A DNA stretch of 62,844 nt, counting the filler, from Octopus bimaculoides (lineage: Eukaryota): the NCBI RefSeq assembly GCF_001194135.2. It is 4 parts of 4 records of this genome, joined end to end, with 100 filler letters (N's around TTAATTAATTAA, not from the genome) between each part and the next. Parts side by side here need not be neighbours in the genome. Positions count along the whole stretch, not along the records: positions 28,096 to 46,125 come from NC_068985.1; 3 more parts are not named here. One strand, given 5' to 3'. Positions 28,040-40,436 of the stretch are shown piece after piece. Each line of letters starts with the position of its first letter. Position 1 is the first letter of the stretch. The notes under the pieces are model-generated. The model was not told the DNA's origin, ran no database searches, and saw only the letters and a program-made list of their open reading frames with translations. The translations under genes and the position numbers were made by a program.

Positions 28040-28051
28040 TTAATTAATTAA
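28040..28051. other. Artificial scaffold-join linker TTAATTAATTAA
   Basis: Exactly 44 N on each side; stops in all six frames; identical at 46170 and 60306. Confidence 0.95.
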
Positions 28052-28095
28052 NNNNNNNNNNNNNNNNNNNNNNNNNNNNNNNNNNNNNNNNNNNN

Positions 28096-28156
<61 letters not shown>

Positions 28157-28442
28157 AACATATCCTTTAAGCCTGTTTATGTGAAATGTTTTTGAGTGAG
28201 CTCATAAAAGCTCTTATGCTACGGCGTATTGTTTCAATCCTGCATTGTTCCCATCAATGCAATTTTTCCTGAGGAAACGAACACATGTATTAATCTTCTT
28301 AAGATCCATGGATTTTGCAAATCATATTTGTAGTATCCTATAGATGGGGTATATAACAACTAAAGCATGGAGTTTGTGGAAACGTTTGTAGCAATGCATT
28401 AAAAGATTTATGAATTCCCATCCGAAAGCACTTGCTATCACT

Positions 28443-28475
<33 letters not shown>

Positions 28476-28544
28476 ACACACATAATAATAGTAATAATAA
28501 TAATAATAATGATATAATAATGATGATGATGATAATAATAAATG

Positions 28545-28790
28545 TTTTTTCCTCGAGCTATGCCAGGCTCATAAGGGCCGGTTTCCCGGTTTTAGTGGCG
28601 TATATATTCCCCACCTGGACGGGTCACCGATCCGTCACAACATTACTTATTTTTGTCAGCTGAGTGGACTGAATCAACGTGAAATGAAATGTTTTGCTCA
28701 AGAACACAACGCATCGCCTGATCCAGGAATCGAAACCACAATCTTACGATCACGAGTCCAACATCCTAAGCACTAAGCCACGCGTCTCTA
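28545..28790 (-). mobile_element. tRNA-derived SINE
   Basis: Reverse strand begins gagacgcgtggcttagtgcttagg...ggtttcgattcc (A/B-box-like). Confidence 0.8.
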
Positions 28791-29639
28791 CCAAATATAT
28801 GTATGTAAGTATGTATGTATGTATGTAAGTATGTATGTATGTATGTATGTATGTATTACGATATATATACGTATACATGCATATGTATATATATAAATAT
28901 CTATATATTTAGACGTATATATGCATATATCTATATATATATGATATATATATAAAATTCATATATGATATTATATATAATATTTTATGTATATGTGTCT
29001 GAGTGCACGCGCGCGTGTTCGTGTAGATTGAAGCCCTATTTGAAAGCCTATTAAAACATTATTGATAAAAAAGAAAATCAATACAGAATATAGTACAGCT
29101 GCTAATTTTACATATTTCTATATCATGAACAAGTATGTCAGTTACATATTAGTTTTGCTAGATGTACCGGCCTATCCAAACTGTACTTTTAAGGATTGAA
29201 AGTTTAGCTTAAGAGAGTAATTTGAAAAATACTTATAAACGTTGCTTAAACGGTTCCAAGTGGGTTAGGAAGTGGGAAGAGATGGGTTTATAGTGAGCTA
29301 TTTATTGAGGCAGAATAGTTAAAACAATGAGGGAGATTCTAATGAGCATATGTGTACATGTGTGTGCATGTTTAAGTTCGTGTATCTTTGTGACTGTGTG
29401 TGTACTAGGCTTTTAGAATCGAAAGATTAATTATGGTGGGTATATTTCGTAGAATAGTTGTTTTTAATAATCAAGATTAGATATAGCAGGCGTGTTAATT
29501 TAAGTTACATTTTTATATAAAAATGTGATGTATATGGACAGATTGTCAGTGATATTGCCTGGTCACATTGGATGTTTTGACTTTCCAACTACCATATGCT
29601 CTCACCCTATGCATACACACATATACACATGCACACACA

Positions 29640-30120
29640 TGGTGGTTTTCTACTCCTTATGCAGAGTTTGACCACCTCCTGTACCTACACCTTAGAACCA
29701 TCATGGCATCTGATGTGGCTTTTTAAACCAGACAATGTTTTGAAAAGACACCAACACAGATTGCATATCCGATTTGGACCATCAAGAGCTACAGTTAAGT
29801 TCAAATCTTTGTGGATCTTAAAATGTCTTTTGAGGCCTCCGTTAGATTTGAAGACCTTCTTGCATACATTGCATTGAAATGTGTGCACAGACATACAGGC
29901 AGAATAGTTGGAGGATGTTCTTTTTCCATGGGTTCACAACTGAGATTTGAGCCCAGCAAAAGAAAGGCATGGTCTGTCAGAAACTGCACACAAAATGGTC
30001 GTTGTGATTCACCTTCTCGATCGCAACATTCTTCCTTAAATCTCTCTTGATTCTTGCATGTGTTATCTTGGCCACTTCAAACGCTTTCACTCCACTCCAT
30101 ACTTTTGTTCCCCAAAAGTG
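29640..30120 (-). mobile_element. RTE-like LINE 3' end with three C2H2 zinc fingers (two intact)
   Basis: VWSGVKAFEVAKITHARIKRDLRK (RTE C-terminal signature), frameshifted FVCSF(C)DRPCLSFAGLKSQL*TH, then intact CNVCKKVFKSNGGLKRHFKIH and CNLCWCLFKTLSGLKSHIRCH. Confidence 0.75.
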
Positions 30121-30335
30121 TGGAGTGAAGTGTATACACATATACATACATTCATGCATTTTTACTTACAAGTGACTGTCACAAGTTATTACAATATAAA
30201 AATATGTATATATTTAACTATATTTTGATTTAAATTATTTTATCAAATAAGGTTTCACTCTACTCGCACATGTATACGTGAGTGTGTATGTGCATAAGCA
30301 TATGTATGTATGTATGTATGTATGCATGTATATAA

Positions 30336-30377
<42 letters not shown>

Positions 30378-30444
30378 NNNNNNNNNNNNNNNNNNNNNNN
30401 NNNNNNNNNNNNNNNNNNNNNNNNNNNNNNNNNNNNNNNNNNNN

Positions 30445-30644
30445 ATGCAGAATTTGACCACCTCCTGTACCTACACCTTAGAACCATCATGGCATCTGAT
30501 GTGGCTTTTTAAACCAGACAATGTTTTGAAAAGACACCAACACAGATTGCATATCCGATTTGGACCATCAAGAGCTACAGTTAAGTTCAGATTTTGTGGA
30601 TCTTAAAATGTCTTTTGAGGCCTCCGTTAGATTTGCAGACCTTC
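30445..30644 (-). repeat. ~98% identical second copy of 29659-29859 (zinc-finger segment)
   Basis: Manual alignment: 3 substitutions plus a 1-bp deletion; begins at a gap edge. Confidence 0.85.
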
Positions 30645-30863
30645 GAGAGAACCCGAAATATTTAACTTTTTGTTTCGGAAGTGGATCACGCGGAACATAT
30701 AAAGTTATAAATAATAGCAATATTTACATGCTATTATTTGTAACTTAGATGTACTTCGAGATTCAATACCAATAATGAGACGTGTGTGTGTCTGTGTGTA
30801 TGTGTGTGTATGTATGTGCCTATGTATGTATGTATGTATGTATGTGCTGGTGTGTAATTCATA

Positions 30864-30927
<64 letters not shown>

Positions 30928-30992
30928 TTAAATACTAAATAACATTGCTATATTGGTTGTGTTTTCACTGACAATATATATATTTGTGAAGG

Positions 30993-31036
30993 TTAGACAT
31001 GCTTTTTCAGCCAGCTGGTCGGCTACTTCAGGCTAA
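30993..31036 (-). ncRNA. Degenerate hammerhead-like remnant
   Basis: rc CUGAAGU-AGCC..GGCU-GAAA..GUC; core A9 altered and stem I not well formed. Confidence 0.3.
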
Positions 31037-31816
31037 TGACGAGCAATGACTCAGAAATANNNNNNNNNNNNNNNNNNNNNNNNNNNNNNNNNNNNNNNNN
31101 NNNNNNNNNNNNNNNNNNNNNNNNNNNNNNNNNNNNNNNNNNNNNNNNNNNNNNNNNNNNNNNNNNNNNNNNNNNNNNNNNNNNNNNNNNNNNNNNNNNN
31201 NNNNNNNNNNNNNNNNNNNNNNNNNNNNNNNNNNNNNNNNNNNNNNNNNNNNNNNNNNNNNNNNNNNNNNNNNNNNNNNNNNNNNNNNNNNNNNNNNNNN
31301 NNNNNNNNNNNNNNNNNNNNNNNNNNNNNNNNNNNNNNNNNNNNNNNNNNNNNNNNNNNNNNNNNNNNNNNNNNNNNNNNNNNNNNNNNNNNNNNNNNNN
31401 NNNNNNNNNNNNNNNNNNNNNNNNNNNNNNNNNNNNNNNNNNNNNNNNNNNNNNNNNNNNNNNNNNNNNNNNNNNNNNNNNNNNNNNNNNNNNNNNNNNN
31501 NNNNNNNNNNNNNNNNNNNNNNNNNNNNNNNNNNNNNNNNNNNNNNNNNNNNNNNNNNNNNNNNNNNNNNNNNNNNNNNNNNNNNNNNNNNNNNNNNNNN
31601 NNNNNNNNNNNNNNNNNNNNNNNNNNNNNNNNNNNNNNNNNNNNNNNNNNNNNNNNNNNNNNNNNNNNNNNNNNNNNNNNNNNNNNNNNNNNNNNNNNNN
31701 NNNNNNNNNNNNNNNNNNNNNNNNNNNNNNNNNNNNNNNNNNNNNNNNNNNNNNNNNNNNNNNNNNNNNNNNNNNNNNNNNNNNNNNNNNNNNNNNNNNN
31801 NNNNNNNNNNNNNNNN

Positions 31817-31851
<35 letters not shown>

Positions 31852-34399
31852 AGAAAAAGAGAGGAAGAGCAATTTCTCTTTAAATATCAGGCCAGCTGTG
31901 GCTCTCAGCCAAATGAATTCATGATAAATTAGGGTAGAATGAATATGAAACATTTAATCTAAATGAAAATGTATCGATATCACAAAATGCCTTATAGCTC
32001 ACACAACACCCTTTCCATATTTGGTAATTTCTTGCTGCATATTAAATATACACGTTGGTGTTTCGGGTTACCAAAATATATATCCATTTATTTTGCAGCT
32101 GGCCTCATTCAAATATTTCGAATTTTGCTTGCTTGTTTAGCTTTTTCAAATGAATTGCACTTGGGAAAATTTTACTGACACGTTAACAGAGAATTTGTAT
32201 CTTTGGATGTTTAAGATTAAGTTGTAATTCTAAAACATGTTTTCTTGAAAACCTCTTACATAATGTCCATTCACACACATACATAAACACTCACACATAT
32301 ATGACATCTATATAACATAATTAATGTACATACATCGTCGACAGGCAAGAGACTGCGGTTTTTGTCCGAGATAAAATGTTTTATGGACGTGCTGTGTTAA
32401 AAACATTATATATATATATCAGAGAAAGACGAAAGACGCCCCAGCAGCTAATGAGAACAGATAAATTTCGGCCTTCTTGAGGCTTGCCGGTCAAGTGTCC
32501 TGGCAGTTATATGCTTGGATGAGATCGGTCACCTTTAACATAAGAAACAGTGAATAATACATTCACTAATGCTTCAATTAGCCGTCAACTAAATAAATAA
32601 CCCGGTGCACACAACTGAAGCAACATTAAATGAAAACAATCCTCTGTGTATCACATTTAATGTATATATATATATATATATATATGCGAGTAAAAATAAA
32701 TACAAAAAAAGTTTTTTTTTGTATGATTGTGTATAGAGGAATACATTATTTTGTTTAAAAGAGTTCCAACACTGTCTGTTTTTTATGTTTTATTTATATT
32801 CCTGCAGAACCAATGTGGGGTATAGAATATGGAATATACAATATGTAATATAATATACAATATATAATATAAAATAAAATAAAATAAAAATGGATGGCAC
32901 CATGAAATAAAGTATTGAATGTAGATGAAATATTGAGTGTTCAATATAAAGGATAAAATATATAAANNNNNNNNNNNNNNNNNNNNNNNNNNNNNNNNNN
33001 NNNNNNNNNNNNNNNNNNNNNNNNNNNNNNNNNNNNNNNNNNNNNNNNNNNNNNNNNNNNNNNNNNNNNNNNNNNNNNNNNNNNNNNNNNNNNNNNNNNN
33101 NNNNNNNNNNNNNNNNNNNNNNNNNNNNNNNNNNATATATATATATATACACACATATATATCTCGTTGACAGGCAAGATGCTGCAGTTTACGTCCGTCC
33201 GAGGTAAAATCTCTTATAGAGTGCTGTGTCAAAAACACATTAGACAGATTTCTTCTAGATATGTGGCTGCGAGTACACTTCTTTATCAAAGCCCAAGAAG
33301 GTTGAATTCCGTCTGACGTTCTCGTTAGCCGCTGCCGGAAAGATATTTCGTCTACCTCTGATATATATGGCGTTTTTAACACAACACACCTATAAGAGAG
33401 TTTACTTCAGACAAAAATCGTAGTACTAGCCTGTCAATGATGTATATACATTAAGTATAATACATAGCATCTATTTTAATATCATACAGCTTCAAACGTG
33501 TACACTGGCTTACTCGAACATTATTCAGTAATAGAGAGAAAGAGAGAAAGTAAGAGGATAAAATAAGAGATAATATTTAAAAGTACTTGATAATAGTACA
33601 TAGTAGATATAAGTAAAAGAATCAAATATAAAAGAAAAATATATGATACAAATTAATAGAATATGCTACGTATAATGGGTAACACTGTAATACTAATTAA
33701 ATTATTACACCACATAAAACTAACTCGATTTTTGTGTTAGCTATGACGAATTTACATGTGATGTTCATATCTTGTTTATATGCTAATATGTATTGATCTA
33801 TATTTTCTTTGATCTATGTTGAAAGATTAAATTCTCCTTCCACCTCCAAGAAGTTCAACAGATAAGAGAATCCGGATTACAGACTGTTAACTTTGATCTC
33901 TGGTGTTAACTAAGTCATAATTTTTGTTGTTTTGTTCAGCACGAATGTTTCATAGTTATTTGTATGTATTAATGTTGTTTAGCTGCCCATAAACAATCTT
34001 TGTCGAATGGGTTTATCACAAATATTCTCAGCGTGACTATCTATTTATTAACTATGTAGGGCGGTGTTGTACAGTATGATCTTCCGTTTTAAGAGAGCAG
34101 AGCTAGATTGGATGGAGGTTTCGCAGCTTTTTCTAGCAGTTTGAGAATCTGCATAGATGCTTATTAAAAGCGAGAATACGTCTTTTAAAGACGATAAGGT
34201 GCAATTTGAAAGAAATTTGGTCATTATTTAAAGCAAATCAAGAAGTCTGTTCGTGAAGCTTCTTCGATTCTTGTAGGCGAAGCGAATTCTGTAGAGCAGG
34301 GGAGAGGAACCAATTTCAAGTGCATAGAACCTATGGGGCGCTTGTGTACTGAGAAAAATAAGGTGTTTAAAATTCTAGAATTTCGTGTGTATTGTGTGC

Positions 34400-34432
<33 letters not shown>

Positions 34433-34435
34433 TGC

Positions 34436-34468
<33 letters not shown>

Positions 34469-35019
34469 GGAAAGAGAGAGAAAGAGTGTGAGAGAGAGAA
34501 AAAAGAAAGAAAAAGAGAGAGAGAATATGTGTGTGTGTGTGTTATTTATTTTGTTACTAAAGCTTTTTAGATACTCCTAGAAACAGAAGATGGAATGCCT
34601 TTGACCATTGGTCTGCTCGATTACAGCCGTTATACTCTGCATAACAACCTCTATGATATACAGTAAAGGGATCTCCGTCGTTTCGGCGGTAAAGATTCAA
34701 TTATTAGATCAATTAAATTACGTGATCATTGTATTAACGTGCCCAGGAGCTGAGTATTCCACAAACATGTGTACCATTAACTAATTCTCTACTAGAATCA
34801 TCGTGGCAAGGTCGTACGTTGGAATTACAGGTACAACTCATCCGGCAGGCTTCCACACTCTTTCCTATCGACCCAGTTTCGCTCATAATATTGCAATGAT
34901 AAATAAAACAAAGAAGAAAAGAAATCTACCTAATCGTGCTACCCAGTGAGATTGAACACGGGGCTGTATGATTGCAATGCGAACTTCTTTTAGACATTCG
35001 GCTATGCTGCATTAACAGT

Positions 35020-35110
35020 GTGTGTTGGCACCCCGTCGCTTACGACGTCGAGGGTTCCAGTTGATCCCGATCAATGGAACAGCCTGCTCGTGAAATTAAC
35101 GTGCAAGTGG
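35020..35110 (-). mobile_element. SINE 3' end (family of 36505-36886)
   Basis: Reverse complement of ccacttgcacgttaatttcacgag...cgtaagcgacgg.gtgccaac. Confidence 0.8.
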
Positions 35111-35274
35111 NNNNNNNNNNNNNNNNNNNNNNNNNNNNNNNNNNNNNNNNNNNNNNNNNNNNNNNNNNNNNNNNNNNNNNNNNNNNNNNNNNNNNNNNNN
35201 NNNNNNNNNNGCATGTTATAAAAATAAAACTACTGAACAATAATAATAATAATAATACGAAAACGATAATGCAA

Positions 35275-35722
35275 AGATCCTATTGGATTTTATGACTCAG
35301 CGCGACCATGAGATAGAGAATAAGAAACCAGAAATAGTGTTAATTGAGAAAGAAAGCAAATGATGCTGTATCATAGATATAGCATGCCCAGCTGACAACA
35401 AGGTATTCGATAAAAAAGAAAGAAAAGTCGATAGATATGACAGGTTAGCTTGGAAGGTTAAGCAGCTGTGGTCGATGAAAAAGGTAGCAGTATTATCAAT
35501 AATTGTTGGAGCCCTGGGAACAGTGAGCAAAAATCTCGAGAAGTACGTGGAACAAATAGGGGCTGCAATAAGGGTGGAGGACTTGCAGAAAACAGCACTG
35601 CTTGGAATCGCTCGAATACTCCGGAAGGTACTCGAAAAATAAGGAGTGTTACCTTAGTTCACTGGTAGTGAACAGCTGGCACCGAAGTACATCTCCAGCG
35701 TTAGAAGCTGTGCGAAGACAAT
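35275..35722 (+). mobile_element. Second 5'-truncated copy of the 22591 RLE LINE, flanked by (AAT)n
   Basis: NKKPEIVLIEKESK...DRYDRLAWKVKQLWSMKKV...LQKTALLGIARILRKVLEK; same 3' UTR. Confidence 0.88.
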
Positions 35723-35723
35723 A

Positions 35724-35783
<60 letters not shown>

Positions 35784-36504
35784 AACAAGAACAACAACAA
35801 CAATAATAATAATGGTAATAATTCTTTATTAACTTCAGTGGCACATACATAGATACATATAAACATACATGTTATGCAGGAAAATTACAAAACCGTGTGG
35901 GACTGAGCAAGACACAACTATATAAATACAGCGGGAAGCAAGGACGTTATACAATGAGCATATAAGAAAATTTTATACAAACTAAATATAATAAATATAT
36001 GATTACATCAACTGATTATATCAAGATATAACTTTAAAAAAAACGACTCAAAAGCACAGACAGAGAAACCCATTCACACACGAGTGAGGACCTACAAGCT
36101 ATGTTAGTCCAGAGTAATTTTACAATATTGACCCTCATGCCACTTTTTGAAAAAAGTATAACCGGAGGTGCCCATTAGTATCATTGGTGTGGGACTGGAC
36201 AAGAAGTCTCCTACGCACTCTTGGTAGTTGTATATTCACTAGTCTACTATTTATTGCATAAACTACTAGTGTAGTTTTCACTAGCAGTCTATCATTGGAG
36301 TATTCCATAAATCTGAAGCCAGTTTTATTTTCTAGTAATATCTTATGGTTCTATTCTGCTTGCTTTAGTTCATTTCGTAGCTATATCAGTTCTTCGGCTT
36401 TTTGTGTGAAGAACTGTTGATGGCATAGAGATCCCGGGGAACATGAACTGCTCTTATTTCTTGTTTACGCCACTTGAATTGGTTTCTGTGTGCTGGTGGC
36501 GGGT

Positions 36505-36886
36505 GGAGGCGCAATGGCCCAGTGGTTAGGGCAGCGGACTTGCGGTCATAGGATCGCAGTTTCGATTCTCAGACCGGGCGTCGTGAGTGTTTATTGAGCG
36601 TAAACACCTAAAGCTCCACGAGGCTCCGGCAGGGGATGGTGGCGAACCCTGCTGTACTCTTTCACCACAACTTTCTCTCACTCTTTCTTCCTGTTTCTCT
36701 TGTACCTGTATTTCAAAGGGCCAGCCTTGTCACACAGTGTCACGCTGAATATCCCCGAGAACTACGTTAAGGAAACACGTGTCTGTGGAATGCTCAGCCA
36801 CTTGCACGTTAATTTCACGAGCTGGCTGTTCCGTTGATCGGATCAACTGGAACCCTGGACGTCGTAAGCGACGGAGTGCCAACAAC
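36505..36886 (+). mobile_element. Full-length tRNA-derived SINE
   Basis: tRNA-like head ggaggcgcaatggcccagtggttagg...gtttcgattc; tail gtgccaacaac; partial inverse copy at 35020. Confidence 0.85.
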
Positions 36887-37612
36887 GCTGGTGGCGGATA
36901 CTTTTTTTCGTTTGTTGCTTTTTCTGCTGTTTTCAACAGTCTGTCATTAGTTTTGTTCTTTTTTCATCTTCTCATTGTCTCACGAAGATGGGCATGGTAC
37001 TGTTGCACATAACTGGGTCATATACCTGCATATAGCTGACTGGTCAGCGCTTTGAACCAAAGATGAAGCGATTTGTTCCGATGTTTCCGGAACTGCGACT
37101 GGTGGCATCCTGGGAACAGTATCCCCTGTGGGATACTTTGTAAATTTTCTTAAGTGAACAAAAGGTGTTAACAATGCACAATGGGCAACACTTTGGAGGT
37201 GCGATGGTTGTAAGAAAAGAAGATGGCAAGGAGATAGTTAATATAACATACGCTATGCACTTAATAATTATATGATTAGTACACTTTGCAAACAGAAAAA
37301 TATGTTACTTAAAACAAAAAGCTAGGAATACATATAAGAAGAAAATTATTACAAACAAGTAGACGAAAAGCTGAAGACAAAAAATGGACGGAAGGAAGGA
37401 TGTCTGTTATAAAAGCCATTAAACATCATATTGTAATATAGTCTCAGTTAAAGCCATATTTTTTCAGAAATGCGTCTTCCACCTTTACATTTTTCTAATA
37501 GAAAAACCTTCTACTAGAACTTACAAACTCTGTACGTAATATTCTGTTAATGTTTAAATTGTCATATGTTGTAAGGTTTTATTTTCTTTGCATATTTTCT
37601 CTTCTTTTGCAG

Positions 37613-37684
37613 ACAAAGAAAAACCCCAAATATGATAAATTAACATGGGACATTCATTTCTGGCTTGGTACTGAATGTTCTAAG
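37613..37684 (+). CDS. Gelsolin/villin-family gene, domain-1 exon: TKKNPKYDKLTWDIHFWLGTECSK
   Basis: Acceptor ttctcttcttttgcAG, donor GTtcgt, 72 nt phase 0-0; WDIHFWLG motif; joins in frame to 40359. Confidence 0.9.
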
Positions 37685-39238
37685 GTTCGTACATAATTTG
37701 TAAACTGTTAATAATTTCGATGTTATTCTACTCATCTATAAATAGGGTAATACTCAACTCAATAAAGATAACTGACAAATGCACTTGCTGTTTTCCATGT
37801 TTTGGTGGAGCTATAATATCACGGTTCACTCTGGGCTGTACTGTCAACTAATATAATACCAGTAACATATAAAAATAAGTAGCGAGACAGAAGCGTTTTA
37901 TGAGAGGGTGGCCATAGGTCTAACAAAATTGTAGGGAAATACAGAAAGAAGCCAATGCCAATGTAGTAATCCACCAGCCCTAATGCAGCAACCTCTAACT
38001 AAATTCGAGTATGGTGATGAGTGTATACTTAAGAATGGATTTTATTACTGGTTTAGAATTTTGGTACACGGCCAACAACAATTCTAAGGAAAAGGATAAA
38101 CCGACTACGTCGATCCCAGAGCTTAAGAAAGGAAACACCTATGGCTATTGCAGAGTCGTGAGTTATAGTTGGAAGCAGTGAATAAAAATATCGAGTTACC
38201 ATCAAACAGGAGACCGAGTTTGAATTCTTGCAACAAAAAACCCAAGAACAGCAGTGTGAAACCAAGCAACAGATTAACTCAAGAACCGAGGAAAAGGTAC
38301 AGTCTGATGGGCTTCAGAACAATTTCCGTCTACCCAGTCACACTGAGAGGCCTTGGATCAACTTGATGCTATTGTAGAAAATATTTGCCCAAGGTGCTGC
38401 ACGGAAGAATTGAACTGAAAATTATGCGATTGTCACACACGTTTTTTATCACACGCCCATGTCTGTGAGATTAACAATCAAACCCCTCACTGTAAAAAGT
38501 TAACTACAAACGTACAAATGTACGAAGAAAGAATAATGGAGAGGGGTCACCAGTTGTTCGAAGAAATATACAGAAGTCTGTTGAAATTTATGACCAACAA
38601 AAATTTAATTTTTTTGTATACTAGAAACAAATACTGAAGTTAATGCAAATGAAAAAATGTCGAGAGAGTTTGGATGTTATTGTTCTTGGTGTAATCGTAA
38701 CAGCAATCTAAAAGTTAGTTGCTGGTTGTTGTGTTGCTATTGCCGGTCATTCATTGCGCATGTTGTCAACTCAGGTCAGCAGCTGTCTGCATCCGTTCGC
38801 TGTCCACCTGCCTTTTCGTCTCTGTTTCCTCTCAATTCTCTCTCCAAGTTCTCTGTCAAGTAGCTAAGGTGTGCTGAACTTATACTGATGGTGAGGCTCA
38901 GAAGGAAGCGTGCCAAAAGATGAAATCATCGCTGGAGCCTATTCCACGCACAGTCGTGATTGGTCAGATTTTGTTGACCATATGAATAATATTCTAGCGA
39001 ATCATGGCATCAGTTGTAGTTATCTGACTGCTGAACATTCCCGCTTCACATTCAACACCGTTAAAGTTTAAACTCAGCCTTCTACAACAAATCACAGTTT
39101 ACAAAACATTGTAACTTCGTACTGGCTTAACCACTTTGTATATTGTTTACCTAAAGCCTCAAATTGTTTTCCTTTGTTTTTGTGAAATCACTTAAACCTG
39201 TTCAATAGCAAACTGTCTTTGCCTTTTCTATTTAAATA

Positions 39239-40337
39239 CGAGGTGGTATCAAAACGTTCCCGGACTAGTTCTGTAGCATGCCAACAGATGGCAGCACATG
39301 GTTGCGTGCACAGTAAGAGCTAGTAGTGACCTTAATTTTGGCAGTGTACCGAGTGACATCGCTGAGTTTACTTCGCAAGTTGTGAAATTTGTGCTTTTGT
39401 GATCACGTGTATGTTGTAGTCTGCGGTTTTGTCAAAGACAGGAAGTTGGAACAAAGGGCCAACATGAAATTTTGCGTTAAACTTGGGAAGTTTGCAACAG
39501 AAATATGGAGTATACTTTGTTAAGCATACGGTGACGAGGCAATGAGTCGTACGCAATGTTTCAAGTGGTACGGGTGCTTCAAAAACGGAAGAATGTCTCT
39601 GGAAGACAATGAGTGATCTGAAAGACCTGTTACGCGTATCTCCTCCAGAAATGTGGAGAAAATTCATCAGCTTGCGGAAGAGGATCGCCAGAGGACAATC
39701 AATGACATGGCTGATGTTGGTCTTTCGTATTGGTTTGTGCAGGCAATCGTAACGTTTGAATTGAACATGCAGCGTATCTCTGCCAAGTTTGTCTCCCACC
39801 TGCTGACCACTGAGCACAAAGAACATCGCGTCAAAGTCTGTCAAGATCTCCGCCAGCGTACTGCTGATGGCTCATCCTTCATGTTGAGGATCATCACCGT
39901 TTGAGGGAGGACATTCAGCAAAAGTGACCGGATCTGTGGAGCGCGAAGAATTGGATATTTCATGATGACAATGCACCCTGTCACCGAGCTCTCCTTATTC
40001 GTGAATTTCTCACTAAAAACAACATGGTATCGCTTCCGCATTCGCCCTCCCTATTCGTAAGATTTAGCATCTGCGGACTTTCATCTCTTCCCAAGATGAA
40101 AATGCAGCTCAAAGCTTGCTGTTTTAAAACCGTTGTCGAGATCTAGAGCGAATCACAGAAGGTCCTCATCTCACAGAAAACGGCTTCTAGACCGTTTTCC
40201 AAAGTGGCAGAAACGCTGGGACTGGTGTATTGCTGCGCAGGATGACCATTTCGAAGGAGATGCTACTAAAATTTAGGTAAATAAGTAATTGTTTTTATTA
40301 AATATAACTAGTCTAGGAACCTTTTGCTACCACCTCG
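39239..40337 (+). mobile_element. Internally deleted mariner with both TIRs and TA TSD
   Basis: TIR cgaggtggtatcaaaacgttcccggactagtt vs rc of right end (4 mismatches in 32); TA at 39237-38 and 40338-39; remnants FCVKLGK, SRTQCFKWY..FKNGR, RISAKFVSHLL, HDNAP. Confidence 0.93.
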
Positions 40338-40358
40338 TATTCTCTTTACATTACGTAG

Positions 40359-40436
40359 GATGAACAAGGAGTTGCTGCTTACAAAACAGTGGAATTGGAC
40401 GACCATCTGGGCGGAGCACCAGTGCAGTATCGTGAG
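40359..40436 (+). CDS. Gelsolin/villin-family gene, next exon: DEQGVAAYKTVELDDHLGGAPVQYRE
   Basis: Acceptor ttctctttacattacgtAG, donor GTaaga, 78 nt phase 0-0; classic gelsolin G1 actin-binding helix DExGxAAxxxVELDDxLGGxPVQxRE. Confidence 0.95.

Noticed and set aside
32099-32178. (A)GLIQIFRILLACLAFSNELHLGKFY* after a good acceptor, spaced like gelsolin GLQIWRI...GKFY
   Set aside because: Stop immediately after FY, no GDSY, the middle is unlike gelsolin and there is no donor; best treated as coincidence
36980-37229. GC-richer stretch with three fairly open minus frames near the gelsolin exon
   Set aside because: No frame matches gelsolin, CUB or a definite TE domain; left unassigned
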